From positions 3,252 to 67,251 of the forward strand of contig JBEGNZ010000010.1 in NCBI GenBank assembly GCA_041182245.1: a DNA stretch of 64,000 bases. The letters are read 5' to 3'. Both the position numbers and the translations under genes were made by a program. Source of the DNA: Pseudomonadota bacterium (GTDB taxonomy: Bacteria > Pseudomonadota > Alphaproteobacteria > Caulobacterales > Caulobacteraceae). Numbering within the stretch: the first letter of the stretch is position 1; every line of letters starts with the position of its first letter. This document shows positions 34,434 through 44,996 of this stretch, one piece after another. The notes under the pieces were generated by a model that saw only the letters and a program-made list of their open reading frames with translations, had not been told where the DNA came from and did not search any database.

Positions 34434-35405
34434 TTAAGCTGGCAACCCCGCCAACCATTCCAAAATCAAGCCATTGACCGCCTCTGGCGCCTCTTGCTGG
34501 GTCCAATGGCCGCAGCCGGGCAGGAGTTCCGCGCGGCTGAGATTGGGGATCTGGCTGCGCATGGCGGCGAGAAGGTCGATGTCGCCGAGCATGCTTAGTA
34601 CCAGATCGCGCTGGCCGCCGATGAACAGGGCCGGTTGCTCGATCACGCGGCCTTGAAACTGTTGCAGATAGGCAAAGTCGCGGTCGTGATTGCGATAGCG
34701 GTTCAGGGGGCCGCGCAGGCCGGAGACCTCAAACTCGTTGACATAATAGTCTAGATCTTCAGCCGTCAGCCAAGCCGGGAAGGGCTGGGGATCAACCAGA
34801 CCCTCGAGCAGGGTCGCGTCGACCGTCTTATCATTGGGCCATGTCCCGTCTGGCGCGTCACCGCTGATCGCATAGTAGAACTTGCGCAGAAAATCGCGGA
34901 TATCGGCTTCGAGATCGTCCTCGGCCTGCGGCGATTTTTGGAAATAGTGCTGGTAGAAGAACTTGCCGCGTGAGGTAAAGACCTGATCGATCATGACGCT
35001 GAACGAGGCTTGCGGCACGCCCAGATAGGGCACGGACAGGCCGCAAACGGCGCGCACCCGGTCAGGCCGGATCAAGGCGCTGTTCCAGACCTGCGGTGCG
35101 CCCCAATCATGGCCGATCAGCACGGCCTTTTCGCCGGGGCTGAGCACCTCGATCAGGCCAGCAATGTCGCCCACCAGCGATTCCATATCATAGGCGGCGA
35201 TGGCGTGGGGCTTGGACGAGCCGCCATAGCCGCGCACATCCATGGCCACGGCGCGGAACCCTGCCTTGGCGATCGGCTCCATCTGATGGCGCCAAGAATA
35301 CCAGCTTTCGGGAAAGCCGTGGACCATCAGGACCAGTGGGCCCTCGCCCTCGGTGGCGATACGGATACGGCGGGTGCCGACGGAGTGTGTTTCAAAGGTA
35401 GGCAT
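34434..35405 (-). CDS. Alpha/beta hydrolase, epoxide hydrolase/haloalkane dehalogenase-like
   Basis: HGFPESWYSWRHQ and the nucleophile elbow GHDWGA. Confidence 0.85.
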   Translation of the reverse strand: MPTFETHSVGTRRIRIATEGEGPLVLMVHGFPESWYSWRHQMEPIAKAGFRAVAMDVRGYGGSSKPHAIAAYDMESLVGDIAGLIEVLSPGEKAVLIGHDWGAPQVWNSALIRPDRVRAVCGLSVPYLGVPQASFSVMIDQVFTSRGKFFYQHYFQKSPQAEDDLEADIRDFLRKFYYAISGDAPDGTWPNDKTVDATLLEGLVDPQPFPAWLTAEDLDYYVNEFEVSGLRGPLNRYRNHDRDFAYLQQFQGRVIEQPALFIGGQRDLVLSMLGDIDLLAAMRSQIPNLSRAELLPGCGHWTQQEAPEAVNGLILEWLAGLPA

Positions 35406-35410
35406 GGGTC

Positions 35411-36064
35411 TTAGCTCCAGGACGGGTTGACCTGTTGGTCTTTGGCAGCGGTGGATTGGGCGAGCTTGGCGCGTTTAAAGCCGTCACGTTCCTGCATCCG
35501 GGCCCAATAGGCGGCCACGGCAGGCGGGAACTGCTCGTCAAGCTTGAGCGTTCCAGCCAGAAGCAGGGCATAGGATACGGAAATATCAGCAGCCGTGAAC
35601 CGTCCTGCCGCAACGAACTCTTGCGTCGAGACGATGGCGTCTAGGCCGCGCAATCTGGCCAGAAACCATTTGCCATAGTCGTCCGCCACCTGCGGACTGC
35701 GCCGCTCCTTGGGCTCTAGGCGCGTGTAGCGCAGCACCAGGGTCTGGGGGAAGGTCAAGGTCGCTTCGCCATAGTGTAGGGCGTTGAGATAGGCACCGTA
35801 GCCGGGCTCACCCACGCTCACGCCGAGCGTCCCCGCACCAAACTTGGCAGCCAGATATTCGCAAATGGCCGCAGACTCCGTCATGCGCATCTCACCATCG
35901 AAAAAGGCCGGGATGGTGCCCAGTGGGTTGATCTGCAAATAGCCGCGATCATGCATGCGCGGCGGGAAGGGCAGCATCTTCAGCTCATAGTCCAACCCCA
36001 GCTCCTCCAACGCCCAAAGGGGGCGGAACGAGCGGGCGTCGGCGCAGTGATAGAGGGTGATCAT
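35411..36064 (-). CDS. Glutathione S-transferase
   Basis: 217 aa. N-terminal thioredoxin-like region MITLYHCADARSFRPLWALEELG...GTIPAF. Confidence 0.8.
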   Translation of the reverse strand: MITLYHCADARSFRPLWALEELGLDYELKMLPFPPRMHDRGYLQINPLGTIPAFFDGEMRMTESAAICEYLAAKFGAGTLGVSVGEPGYGAYLNALHYGEATLTFPQTLVLRYTRLEPKERRSPQVADDYGKWFLARLRGLDAIVSTQEFVAAGRFTAADISVSYALLLAGTLKLDEQFPPAVAAYWARMQERDGFKRAKLAQSTAAKDQQVNPSWS

Positions 36065-36246
36065 CCAGCGTTTCCCCAGTCCAATCTAGGCCTGTTTATC
36101 AGGCCTTTGGTGCGGTTATGGCCGCCCGATTACCCAAACCATACTGCTTTTCTCACAAAGACCAGACTCAAATGGCATGGCGCACCGATCAGATCGTGAC
36201 CTTGAGGGGGCTTGCAGGCTAGGGTCGCGCAATTGGTCACCCTTGG

Positions 36247-37974
36247 ATGTTGATGATGCGTGTCTTTACCCCCTTGAAACAGCTTTCAGCCCTCCTCCTG
36301 AGCGTCTCACTCGCCTTTGCGCCCTTGCCGGTTCTGGCGCGGGAGACCCCCAAGGCGCCTCCGGTTGCGCAGGCGCAGTTCAAGGCAGGAGCGGTCGCGA
36401 CTTCGGACGCCTATAGTGCGGCGGTGGCCAAGGCCATCTTGCAAAGGGGCGGCAATGCCGTGGATGCCGCGGTCGCGATAGCCTTTGCGCTGGCTGTGAC
36501 CTTGCCCGAGGCCGGCAATCTTGGCGGCGGCGGCTTCATGACCGTCTGGATGGACGGCAAGCCCTACTTCCTCGACTATCGCGAACGCGCCCCGGCCAAG
36601 GCCTCTGCGGACATGTATCTGGATGCCAAGGGCAATGTGGTTCCTGACCTTAGCCTGATCGGCAATCTGTCGGCTGGTATTCCGGGCACGGTGCGGGGCA
36701 TGGCGGCGGTCCATAGCCGCTTTGGCCACCTGCCTTGGAAGGATGTGGTCGCACCCGCCATCGCGCTGGCCCGTGATGGATTTGTGGTGCCAGAGCGCCT
36801 GCAACAGAACCGCGATGCCGAAATGGAAAACTATGCCGGAAAGACCAATTTCGCCGCCTATTATGCGGGTATGAATGCGGGGGCCACTTTCAAGCAGCCG
36901 CAGCTAGCCGCCACGCTGCAACGCATCGCCGCCCAAGGTGACAAGGGCTTCTACGAGGGCCGCACCGCCGATCTGATCGTCGCCCAGATGGGGCGCGGAC
37001 CGGTCAAGGGGATTATCACCAAGGCCGATCTGGCAGGCTACAAGGCCGTCTGGCGCGAGCCGGTGCGGGCCTCTTGGAATGGCTTTGACGTGATCACCGC
37101 ACCGCCACCCAGCTCTGGCGGCATTGCCCTGATCCAGCTTTTGAAGATGAAGTCTATTTTGGCCCCAGCCTTTGAGAGCGTCGCCCACAATAGCCCGCAA
37201 TATATCCATCTGCTGGCTGAGATCGAAAAGCGGGTCTATGCCGACCGGGCGGAATATCTCGGCGATCCTGACTTCGTGAAGGTCCCGGTTCAGGCCCTGA
37301 TTGATCCGGCCTACCTTGCGGCCCGCGCAGGCGAGGTCAAGGCCCTGACCCCCTCGGAGACGCGCAAGATCAATCCGGGTCTGGAAAAGCTGGAAACCAC
37401 CCACTTCTCGGTGGTCGACCGTTGGGGCAATGCGGTGTCCAACACCTACACACTCAATGGCAGCTTCGGGTCCGGTGTGGTCGTCGAGGGCGCGGGCTTC
37501 CTGATGAATGACGAGATGGACGATTTCTCGGTTAAGGCTGGAGTGCCGAACCTCTATGGCGTTGTCGGCGGTACAGCCAATGCGATAGCTCCGCGCAAGA
37601 CCCCACTCTCCTCCATGACCCCGACCATCCTGCTCAAGGACGGCAAGGTAGCCATGGTCATCGGCACGCCCGGCGGCTCGCGAATCTTTACTTGGGTGTT
37701 TCAGGTCATGACCAATGTCTATGACTTCAAGATGCCGCTTCAGGCTGCAGTTGATGCCCAGCGCGTTCACCACCAGCTACTGCCGGAGAACCTCATCATT
37801 GCCGAGCGATTCTATCCTATTGCCGCGCCCGTGGTGAAGGCCTTGGAGGCGCGGGGCTACCATGTCGACAATACTGGATGGGGCGGAGATATTGAGGCGA
37901 TCCAGATCACCGATGGCCAGCCTGTGGCCGCCTCAGACCCTCGCGGTCGCGGCCTGTCGGTGGTTGTTCCCTAA
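36247..37974 (+). CDS. ggt: Gamma-glutamyltransferase
   Basis: Signal peptide. Autoprocessing site ...ETTHFSVVD, then GGSRI and SSGG motifs. Confidence 0.9.
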   Translation: MLMMRVFTPLKQLSALLLSVSLAFAPLPVLARETPKAPPVAQAQFKAGAVATSDAYSAAVAKAILQRGGNAVDAAVAIAFALAVTLPEAGNLGGGGFMTVWMDGKPYFLDYRERAPAKASADMYLDAKGNVVPDLSLIGNLSAGIPGTVRGMAAVHSRFGHLPWKDVVAPAIALARDGFVVPERLQQNRDAEMENYAGKTNFAAYYAGMNAGATFKQPQLAATLQRIAAQGDKGFYEGRTADLIVAQMGRGPVKGIITKADLAGYKAVWREPVRASWNGFDVITAPPPSSGGIALIQLLKMKSILAPAFESVAHNSPQYIHLLAEIEKRVYADRAEYLGDPDFVKVPVQALIDPAYLAARAGEVKALTPSETRKINPGLEKLETTHFSVVDRWGNAVSNTYTLNGSFGSGVVVEGAGFLMNDEMDDFSVKAGVPNLYGVVGGTANAIAPRKTPLSSMTPTILLKDGKVAMVIGTPGGSRIFTWVFQVMTNVYDFKMPLQAAVDAQRVHHQLLPENLIIAERFYPIAAPVVKALEARGYHVDNTGWGGDIEAIQITDGQPVAASDPRGRGLSVVVP

Positions 37975-38025
37975 AGGGCGCAGGTTCCTGTTCCGTTTCG
38001 GTCGCGACGTCGTTAAGCAAGGCGG

Positions 38026-40848
38026 GTGACCGAAGCCCTGCCCGTTCCGACCTTGCCCCCCGCCCTCGTCGTCCATCCCGGACGGCGCGCGGCCCTGTGT
38101 GAGGGGGATCAGGTCAAGCGGCTGGGTCCGGCCCCGGCCAAGACCCTGTTCGAGCGCGGCCCGGTTCTGATCGCGCACGCCACCCTGACCGCGAGGCGGC
38201 TGGGTCTCAATCCACCCCAGCGCAGCCGGGACCATTTCGATGTGCTCGAACTCTATGCCTTTGTGCGCCCCGCGCGATTCTGTGCACCGTCGGCAGCGGG
38301 TCTGGCCCTAGCCCTTGGGCGCAGCGAGCCACGGACCTTGGAGGCGCAGGCTCTGGCCCTGCATCAAGGCGCGATGGACCTGCTGGCCGAACTGGCGGGC
38401 GGGCCTTGGCCAACCCGTGAGGATGCCTTGGCTCTGGCCGAGACCTTGGGCCGGGCCGGATGGGCCTGGGCGGCGCTGGTCATTGGTGCCCTGCGTTCTG
38501 GACCGGTGCGGGAGGGCTCGCGATCTGCGGGGCTGGATGTCTGGTCGCGGATTCCGGAATGGGAAGATCAGGCCCCGCCGGGAGAATCGGGCACCCGTCC
38601 GATCTCGCCCGATGAGGCCCGTGTGCGCTTGGCCGAGCTTCTGGCCCGCTCGGGTCTGGACGAGGCGCGTCCGGCTCAGGCGGAGTTCGCCGCCGAAACC
38701 GCCTTTGCCTTTCAGCCGCGTGAGCGCGAGGGCGAGCCGCGCATGATACTGGCCGAGGCGGGCACGGGCGTTGGCAAGACCCTCGGCTATCTGGCCCCCG
38801 CGTCCCTTTGGGCGGAGGCCAATGGCCCCGCGGTCTGGATCTCGACCTATACCCGCGCCCTTCAGCGCCAGATCGCCCGCGAAAGCGCCGCCATCTTTCC
38901 CGATCCGGCTGTGCGGGCCCGTAAGGCGGTGGTGCGCAAGGGACGCGAGAACTATCTGTGCCTTTTGAATTACCAAGATGCAGTACAGGCCGCGCAGCTT
39001 GGCAATGGCGACCTGATCGGTCTGGCCCTAACCTCGCGCTGGATCAGAGCGACGCGTGATGGCGACATGACCGGCGGAGATTTCCCCGCCTGGTTGCCAG
39101 GGCTCTTTGCCGTTGCGCCCGTGCAGCAGGCCAGCGCGGCCAATCTGGTCGACCGGCGCGGCGAGTGCGTCCATGCGGGCTGCTCGCACTATCGGGCCTG
39201 TTTCATCGAAAAGGCGGTGCGGGCCTCCAAGCGCGCCGACCTCGTCATCGCCAACCATGCGCTGGTCCTGACCCAAGCGGCCTTTGACGGGGTCCGCGCC
39301 GCGCGGGGTCAGAAGGCCGACAACGAATCGACCTCGCTCAAACGCATTGTCTTTGACGAGGGCCACCATCTGTTTGACGCCGCCGACAGCGCCTTTGCGG
39401 CGGCCATTTCCGGGGCTGAAGCTGCCGAGATGCGCCGCTGGATCCGGGGGCCAGAGGGACGCGGTCGGCGCGGGCGCGGGCTGGAACAGCGGCTGGGCGA
39501 TCTGGTCGGCGAGCGCGAAGGTCCCGCCAAGGCTCTGGCTGACGCGGTGCAGGCGGCAACGGCCCTGCCCAGCGAAGGCTGGTCTGGACGGGTGGCTCCC
39601 GCGCCTGACTATGATGGCCGCGATCAGCCGGCCCAGCCCAACGGCCCCATCGAGACCTTTATTGCCCGGGTGTTAGAACAGCTTCGCGCCAGAGCGACCC
39701 CGTCAGAAGTCGGGCAGGAATGTGCCGCCCGGCCCACGGTCGAGCCGGTGCGGATCGCCGCCCGTGACGCCGCCCGCGCGCTGGCCGCCATCGAGGCCCC
39801 GCTGGTGGCCTTTGCCCGGCACTTGGAGGACCTGCTGGATTCCGAGGCGGATGAGTTGCCCACAGGCGACCGGGCCCGCATCGAGGGGGCCTTGCGCGGC
39901 ATTGACCGGCGCGCGCGCATGGCCCTTCCGGCTTGGAGGACCATGCTCAAGGCGCTGGAAGAACAGGCCGAGGATGATCCTGATTTCGTCGACTGGTTCG
40001 AAGCGACCTATCTCTATGGCCGGGTGGTCGATGGGGCCTATCGCCGTCATTGGGTCGACCCGACCGAGCCTCTGCGCGCGGCGGTTCTTGCTCCGGCCCA
40101 TGGGGTCTTGGTCACCAGCGCGACCTTGGCTGATCCGGCCCTGAGCGATCCCTTTGCGCTGGCGGAGATGCGCACCGGCGCGGCCCGCCTGCCCGAGCGG
40201 CCCAAGACCCTGAAGCTGGCCTCGCCCTTCGACTATGAAAATAATGCCCGCATCTTTGTGATCACCGATGTGGCGCGCGACGATCCGCGCCAGATCTCAG
40301 CGGCCATGCGCGAACTGTTCTTGGCGGCTGGCGGCGGCGGGGTGGGTCTGTTCACCGCTATCCGGCGTTTGCGCACGGTGCATGACCAGATCGCCGCCCC
40401 CTTGGCCGATAAGGGTCTGGCCCTCTATGCCCAGCATGTGGACGGGCTGGAGGTTGGGGCCTTGGTGGATATTTTCCGAGCCGAGGAAAATTCGTGTCTG
40501 CTGGGCACTGACGCTGTGCGCGATGGCATGGATGTGCCGGGCCGGTCCTTGCGGCTTCTGGCATTTGACCGTGTGCCTTGGCCGCGTCCGGACATGCTGC
40601 ATAAGGCGCGGCGCGAACGGTTTGGGGGGCGAGGCTATGATGACAGCGTCGCTCGCGCCCGCATCGCCCAGGCCTTTGGCCGCCTGATCCGGCGAGCCGA
40701 TGATAAGGGTGTCTTTGTCATGCTCGACCCCGCCGCCCCGACGAGGCTCTTTTCCAGCCTGCCAGAAGGGGTGACCATCCAGCGGGTGGGTCTGGTCGAG
40801 GCCTTGGAGGCGATAACGGCGTTTTTGGGTGACGTGAAAACAAACTAA
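38026..40848 (+). CDS. DinG/XPD-like superfamily 2 DNA helicase with Fe-S cluster cysteines and a ~230-aa N-terminal extension
   Basis: Walker A AEAGTGVGKT and box II DEGHHL. Four Cys in NYLCLLN ... GECVHAGCSHYRAC. GTG start with AAGGCGG upstream. Confidence 0.8.
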   Translation: MTEALPVPTLPPALVVHPGRRAALCEGDQVKRLGPAPAKTLFERGPVLIAHATLTARRLGLNPPQRSRDHFDVLELYAFVRPARFCAPSAAGLALALGRSEPRTLEAQALALHQGAMDLLAELAGGPWPTREDALALAETLGRAGWAWAALVIGALRSGPVREGSRSAGLDVWSRIPEWEDQAPPGESGTRPISPDEARVRLAELLARSGLDEARPAQAEFAAETAFAFQPREREGEPRMILAEAGTGVGKTLGYLAPASLWAEANGPAVWISTYTRALQRQIARESAAIFPDPAVRARKAVVRKGRENYLCLLNYQDAVQAAQLGNGDLIGLALTSRWIRATRDGDMTGGDFPAWLPGLFAVAPVQQASAANLVDRRGECVHAGCSHYRACFIEKAVRASKRADLVIANHALVLTQAAFDGVRAARGQKADNESTSLKRIVFDEGHHLFDAADSAFAAAISGAEAAEMRRWIRGPEGRGRRGRGLEQRLGDLVGEREGPAKALADAVQAATALPSEGWSGRVAPAPDYDGRDQPAQPNGPIETFIARVLEQLRARATPSEVGQECAARPTVEPVRIAARDAARALAAIEAPLVAFARHLEDLLDSEADELPTGDRARIEGALRGIDRRARMALPAWRTMLKALEEQAEDDPDFVDWFEATYLYGRVVDGAYRRHWVDPTEPLRAAVLAPAHGVLVTSATLADPALSDPFALAEMRTGAARLPERPKTLKLASPFDYENNARIFVITDVARDDPRQISAAMRELFLAAGGGGVGLFTAIRRLRTVHDQIAAPLADKGLALYAQHVDGLEVGALVDIFRAEENSCLLGTDAVRDGMDVPGRSLRLLAFDRVPWPRPDMLHKARRERFGGRGYDDSVARARIAQAFGRLIRRADDKGVFVMLDPAAPTRLFSSLPEGVTIQRVGLVEALEAITAFLGDVKTN

Positions 40849-40850
40849 GT

Positions 40851-40938
40851 AAGGCCCTCACCCAACCCTCTCCCACAGGGAGAGGGCTAAGCGATGAAAA
40901 GCCCTCGCCCCCTTGGGGGAGAGGGTTGGGTGAGGGGG
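40851..40938. repeat. REP/MITE-like palindromic element, copy B
   Basis: Perfect 20-bp inverted repeat CCCTCACCCAACCCTCTCCC / GGGAGAGGGTTGGGTGAGGG. Same internal sequence as copy A. Confidence 0.85.
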
Positions 40939-40956
40939 ACAACGGACCGAGGATTT

Positions 40957-42429
40957 ATGGCCCACCTGATCGACGACCCCATCTGTGCTGAAGTCTGCGC
41001 TTGGCTGGCGGCGGATGCTGATCGGCTGATCGAGACCCACTGCGCGTGGGTGGTGCTCAAGGGCGATCTCGCCTGGAAGCTCAAGCGGCCCGTCGATCTG
41101 GGCTATCTGGATTTCTCGAGCCGAGACAAGCGCCGATGGGCCTTGGAGCGCGAACTGGCCTTCAACCGCGCCACCGCCCCGACCATCTACTTGGCCCTTC
41201 GCACCATCACCCGAAAGGCTGACGGTGGGCTAGAGATGGATGGGCCGGGCGAGGTGCTGGAATGGGCGCTGGAGATGCGCCGCTTTGACGACGGGTCGGT
41301 CCTGTCCCTAAAGCCGGATCAGGTACAGGGCGATCTGGCCGAGCGGCTTGGCCGGGTCGTGGCGGGGCTGCACAAGGCCGCAGAGGTCAAACCGCAGGGC
41401 GGCGGGACGACAGCACTGGGCTACACCATCACCTCCAATGCCGAGCATCTGCGTGATCTAGCCCCGATCTTGGGCGCGGAGGCGGTGGAGGTTCTGGTGG
41501 CGGCCACGGACCGGGCCTTTGCCGAGCAGTCGCCTCTCCTGAATGCCCGCCAAGCGCTGGGGCTGGGGCGACGCTGCCACGGCGATCTGCATCTGGGCAA
41601 TATCTTCATCGAGAACGACGAGCCGGTGGCCTTTGACTGTATCGAGTTCAATGATCAGCTCAGCGATATCGACATCCAATATGACATCGCCTTCCTGCTG
41701 ATGGATCTGATGTTCAGAGGCAATCAGGCCGGGGCCGTGCGGGTGCTGAGCGGCTATCTGGACGAGGCGACCCGTACCTTTGGCCCAGCCGTGTTCGAGG
41801 GGCTGGCGGCCATGCCGCTGATGCTGTCCGTGCGGGCGGCCGTGCGGGCCCATGTCAGCGCCCAGATGGGTCAGGCCGATCTGGCGCGGGCCTATGTTCA
41901 GGCCGGGATCGAGCATCTTGCGCCCAGGGCCGCCAAGCTGGTCGCGGTCGGCGGCCTGTCGGGATCGGGTAAGTCCTATGCCTCACGGCGTATAGCACCG
42001 GATCTGCAGGCCGTGATCTTGCGCTCCGACGAGGTGCGAAAGCGTCTGTGGGGGATTGGACCGCTGCAAACCTTGCCCAAGGAGGCCTATGGCCCCGGTC
42101 AGAGCGAACGGGTCTATGGCACCATGTTGGCCGAAGCCTCGCTAATCCTGCGGGCGGGTCAGTCGGTGGTCCTCGATGCCGTGTTCCTGCGTCTCGAAGA
42201 GCGGCAGGCGGCCGAGGCCCTCGCGGCCGAGTTGGGAATTGGCTTTCAGGGCTATTGGATGGAGGCACCTGAGGCGGAACTGCGCGGGCGGATCCAAGCG
42301 CGCGTTGGCGATGCCTCCGATGCCGATGAGGCAGTTTTGACCAGCCAACTCAGCCGCGATCCGGGACCACTGTCTTGGACCCGCGCGCGGTCTGACCAGA
42401 CTTTTATGCCGACTGTGTCCGGCGGGTGA
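40957..42429 (+). CDS. Bifunctional aminoglycoside-phosphotransferase-like kinase / P-loop ATP-binding protein
   Basis: APH-type catalytic loop HGDLHLGNIF and C-terminal Walker A GGLSGSGKS. The ATG at 40957 is preferred because the track start at 40894 lies inside the repeat element. Confidence 0.75.
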   Translation: MAHLIDDPICAEVCAWLAADADRLIETHCAWVVLKGDLAWKLKRPVDLGYLDFSSRDKRRWALERELAFNRATAPTIYLALRTITRKADGGLEMDGPGEVLEWALEMRRFDDGSVLSLKPDQVQGDLAERLGRVVAGLHKAAEVKPQGGGTTALGYTITSNAEHLRDLAPILGAEAVEVLVAATDRAFAEQSPLLNARQALGLGRRCHGDLHLGNIFIENDEPVAFDCIEFNDQLSDIDIQYDIAFLLMDLMFRGNQAGAVRVLSGYLDEATRTFGPAVFEGLAAMPLMLSVRAAVRAHVSAQMGQADLARAYVQAGIEHLAPRAAKLVAVGGLSGSGKSYASRRIAPDLQAVILRSDEVRKRLWGIGPLQTLPKEAYGPGQSERVYGTMLAEASLILRAGQSVVLDAVFLRLEERQAAEALAAELGIGFQGYWMEAPEAELRGRIQARVGDASDADEAVLTSQLSRDPGPLSWTRARSDQTFMPTVSGG

Positions 42430-42488
42430 TTGCAACCTTTTTGCCCTCGCCATAGGGTGCGGCCAAAGATGTTTAAGGGAAATGCGCC

Positions 42489-44129
42489 ATGCTTGGATTG
42501 ATGCAGAACTGGCCTTTGACGGTCGATAAGATTCTGGACCATGCGAACCGTTGGTATTCTGGCCGCGAAGTGGTCAGCCGCTCGGTTGAGGGCCCCATTG
42601 TTCGCACCAACTATGCCGATATCCACAACCGCGCCAAGCGCCTGTCTAATGCCCTCTTGGGCATGGGGATCAAGACTGGTGATCGGGTCGCGACCTTGGC
42701 TTGGAATACCGGCCGTCACATTGAGGCCTGGTACGGCATTATGGGCATCGGGGCTGTGTGCCACACGCTCAATCCGCGTCTGTTCCCCGAGCAATTGGTC
42801 TATATTATCAACCATGCCGAAGACCGGATCATCTTCACCGACCTGACCTTTCTGCCGATCCTACAGGGCATTATCGATCAGTGCCCGACCGTCGAGCATA
42901 TTGTCGTCCTGACCGATGATAGCGAGCTGAAAAACGTCACGCTGCGTTGCAAGGGCAAGCCCTGCCTAGCCATGGAAAGCCTGATTGATCAGCACCATGC
43001 CGAGGTTGTCTGGGGCGGCTTTGATGAGAATACGGCCGCAGGCCTTTGCTATACGTCGGGCACGACTGGCAATCCGAAGGGCGTGCTCTATTCGCACCGG
43101 TCCAACTATCTGCACACCTTGATTGGCCTTCAGACCGATGTGCTGGGCCTTTCGGCGAAAGACGTGATCTTGCCGGTGGTGCCCATGTTCCATGCCAATG
43201 CTTGGGGCATCGCCTTTGCCGCCCCGGCGGTCGGGTCAAAGCTGGTAATGCCTGGCGCGAAGATGGATGGTCAGTCGATCTTTGAGCTGTTGGAGACCGA
43301 AGGCGTGACCTTCTCGGCAGCCGTGCCAACGGTCTGGCAGATGCTGCTGCAGCACCTGCAGTCGACCAACAGCAAGCTGACCACGCTCAAGCGTGTGGTC
43401 ATTGGCGGTTCGGCCTGTCCTGAGGCCATCATCCGCGCCTTTGGCGACGATTATGGGGTGGATGTGACCCATGCTTGGGGCATGACCGAGACCTCGCCGC
43501 TGGGCACGATCTCGCGGCCGACCGCCGAGGTTGACGCCTTGGGTCCCGATGAGGTTATCCCCTTCAAGCTCAAGCAGGGCCGCGCACCTGTCGGGATCGA
43601 GCTGAAGCTGACCAATGATGAGGGCCGCGAACTGCCCCACGATGGCACGACCTTTGGCCGTCTCAAGATCCGCGGCGCGACCATCTCTTCGGCCTATTTC
43701 AAGCAGGAAGGCGGCAATATCCTCGATGAGGACGGCTTCTTTGACACGGGCGACGTCTCGACCATCGACCAGTATGGCTTCATGCAGATCACCGATCGGG
43801 CCAAGGATGTGATCAAGTCCGGCGGCGAATGGATCTCGTCTATTGAGATCGAAAATATCGCTGCGGGCCATCCCAAGTCGGCTCTGGCCGCCGTCATTGG
43901 CATTGCCCATCCCAAGTGGGACGAGCGGCCCCTGCTGTTGGTTAAGCTGCGCGAGGGCCAGACCAGCACCAAGGAAGAATATCTGGCTTTCCTCGAGGGC
44001 AAGATCGCCAAGTGGTGGACGCCTGACGATGTGGTCTTTGTCGACGACATTCCGCTGGGCGCGACCGGCAAGATCGACAAGAAGATCCTGCGTCAGCAGT
44101 TCGAAACCTACAAACTGCCGACAGCTTAG
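42489..44129 (+). CDS. Long-chain fatty-acid--CoA ligase (AMP-dependent synthetase)
   Basis: AMP-binding motif YTSGTTGNPKGV, plus ...GWMTETSP-like and GEWISS motifs. Confidence 0.9.
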   Translation: MLGLMQNWPLTVDKILDHANRWYSGREVVSRSVEGPIVRTNYADIHNRAKRLSNALLGMGIKTGDRVATLAWNTGRHIEAWYGIMGIGAVCHTLNPRLFPEQLVYIINHAEDRIIFTDLTFLPILQGIIDQCPTVEHIVVLTDDSELKNVTLRCKGKPCLAMESLIDQHHAEVVWGGFDENTAAGLCYTSGTTGNPKGVLYSHRSNYLHTLIGLQTDVLGLSAKDVILPVVPMFHANAWGIAFAAPAVGSKLVMPGAKMDGQSIFELLETEGVTFSAAVPTVWQMLLQHLQSTNSKLTTLKRVVIGGSACPEAIIRAFGDDYGVDVTHAWGMTETSPLGTISRPTAEVDALGPDEVIPFKLKQGRAPVGIELKLTNDEGRELPHDGTTFGRLKIRGATISSAYFKQEGGNILDEDGFFDTGDVSTIDQYGFMQITDRAKDVIKSGGEWISSIEIENIAAGHPKSALAAVIGIAHPKWDERPLLLVKLREGQTSTKEEYLAFLEGKIAKWWTPDDVVFVDDIPLGATGKIDKKILRQQFETYKLPTA

Positions 44130-44223
44130 GCCGAAGGTTCGGGGTATAGGGGCAGGGTCTTAGACCCTTGCCGATCCCGCCAGACGGTTTAGGGTCGGTC
44201 CAAACAACCCACGGGGCACTTCG

Positions 44224-44991
44224 ATGAAACTCAGCATTACGGCGGCCAAGACCTATTTGCGGATCGCACTCCTGATCGCGGTGCTTCCGATCATCTCGAT
44301 TGTCGTGGGGGCGGTGGCCACCAAGACCGGTCTGTTGGACTGGAAGCTCGGCTTTGGGCTTCTGACCTTTCGGGGTCCGCCAATGATCGCTATGCTCAGC
44401 GTGGCGACCGGCGTTATTGGTCTGGTCGTGGCCCTGTTGGCCGGGATCAAGGAACTTTGGCTGCGTGCAGCGGCCCCCTTGGTTGTAACCCTCGTGGTTA
44501 TGGGCGGATTTATGGGGCTAAGGTCGGTCGCAACCTCGGTTCCGCCGATCCATGATGTGGCCACCGACTGGTCCGAACCCCTGACCTTCTCTGAAGCGGT
44601 CATGGCCTCGCGCGGGGCGGGGACCAATCCCGTCCTTCCCGACCCTCTGGCTCCCGACCGTAAGAGCCGGGTTGCGGATCTAAATGCCAAGGCCTGCCCT
44701 GAAGCCAAGCCTGCCGTGCTGGCAGAAGCCCCGGCGGCAGCCCATGACAAGGTCAAGGCGGCTCTTGTGGCGGTGGGTCTAACCATCGTGACCGACGATG
44801 CGGCGACCGGTCGGATCGAGGCCGTGGCCACCAGCCGTCTCTATGGCTTTAAGGACGATGTGGTGGCACGGGTTCGGGCCAAGGATGCCGGCACACAGGT
44901 CGATTTCCGCTCGGTCAGCCGCGTGGGCATGTCCGACCTCGGCGCCAACTGCAAGCGCATCACCGCCATTCGCGCGGCTCTGCTGAAATAG
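44224..44991 (+). CDS. Membrane protein with DUF1499-like C-terminal domain
   Basis: Three to four N-terminal hydrophobic segments. The C-terminus ...FKDDVVARV...DFRSVSRVGMSDLGANCKRI resembles DUF1499. Confidence 0.5.
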   Translation: MKLSITAAKTYLRIALLIAVLPIISIVVGAVATKTGLLDWKLGFGLLTFRGPPMIAMLSVATGVIGLVVALLAGIKELWLRAAAPLVVTLVVMGGFMGLRSVATSVPPIHDVATDWSEPLTFSEAVMASRGAGTNPVLPDPLAPDRKSRVADLNAKACPEAKPAVLAEAPAAAHDKVKAALVAVGLTIVTDDAATGRIEAVATSRLYGFKDDVVARVRAKDAGTQVDFRSVSRVGMSDLGANCKRITAIRAALLK

Positions 44992-44996
44992 ACGCT

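Noticed and set aside
40894-40956. N-terminal 21 codons of the track ORF 40894..42429 (MKSPRPLGGEGWVRG…)
   Set aside because: This stretch is the translation of the REP-like palindromic element (copy B, 40851..40938). The same sequence occurs in a non-coding context at 34293..34383. The ATG at 40957 (MAHLIDDP…) is the likelier start.
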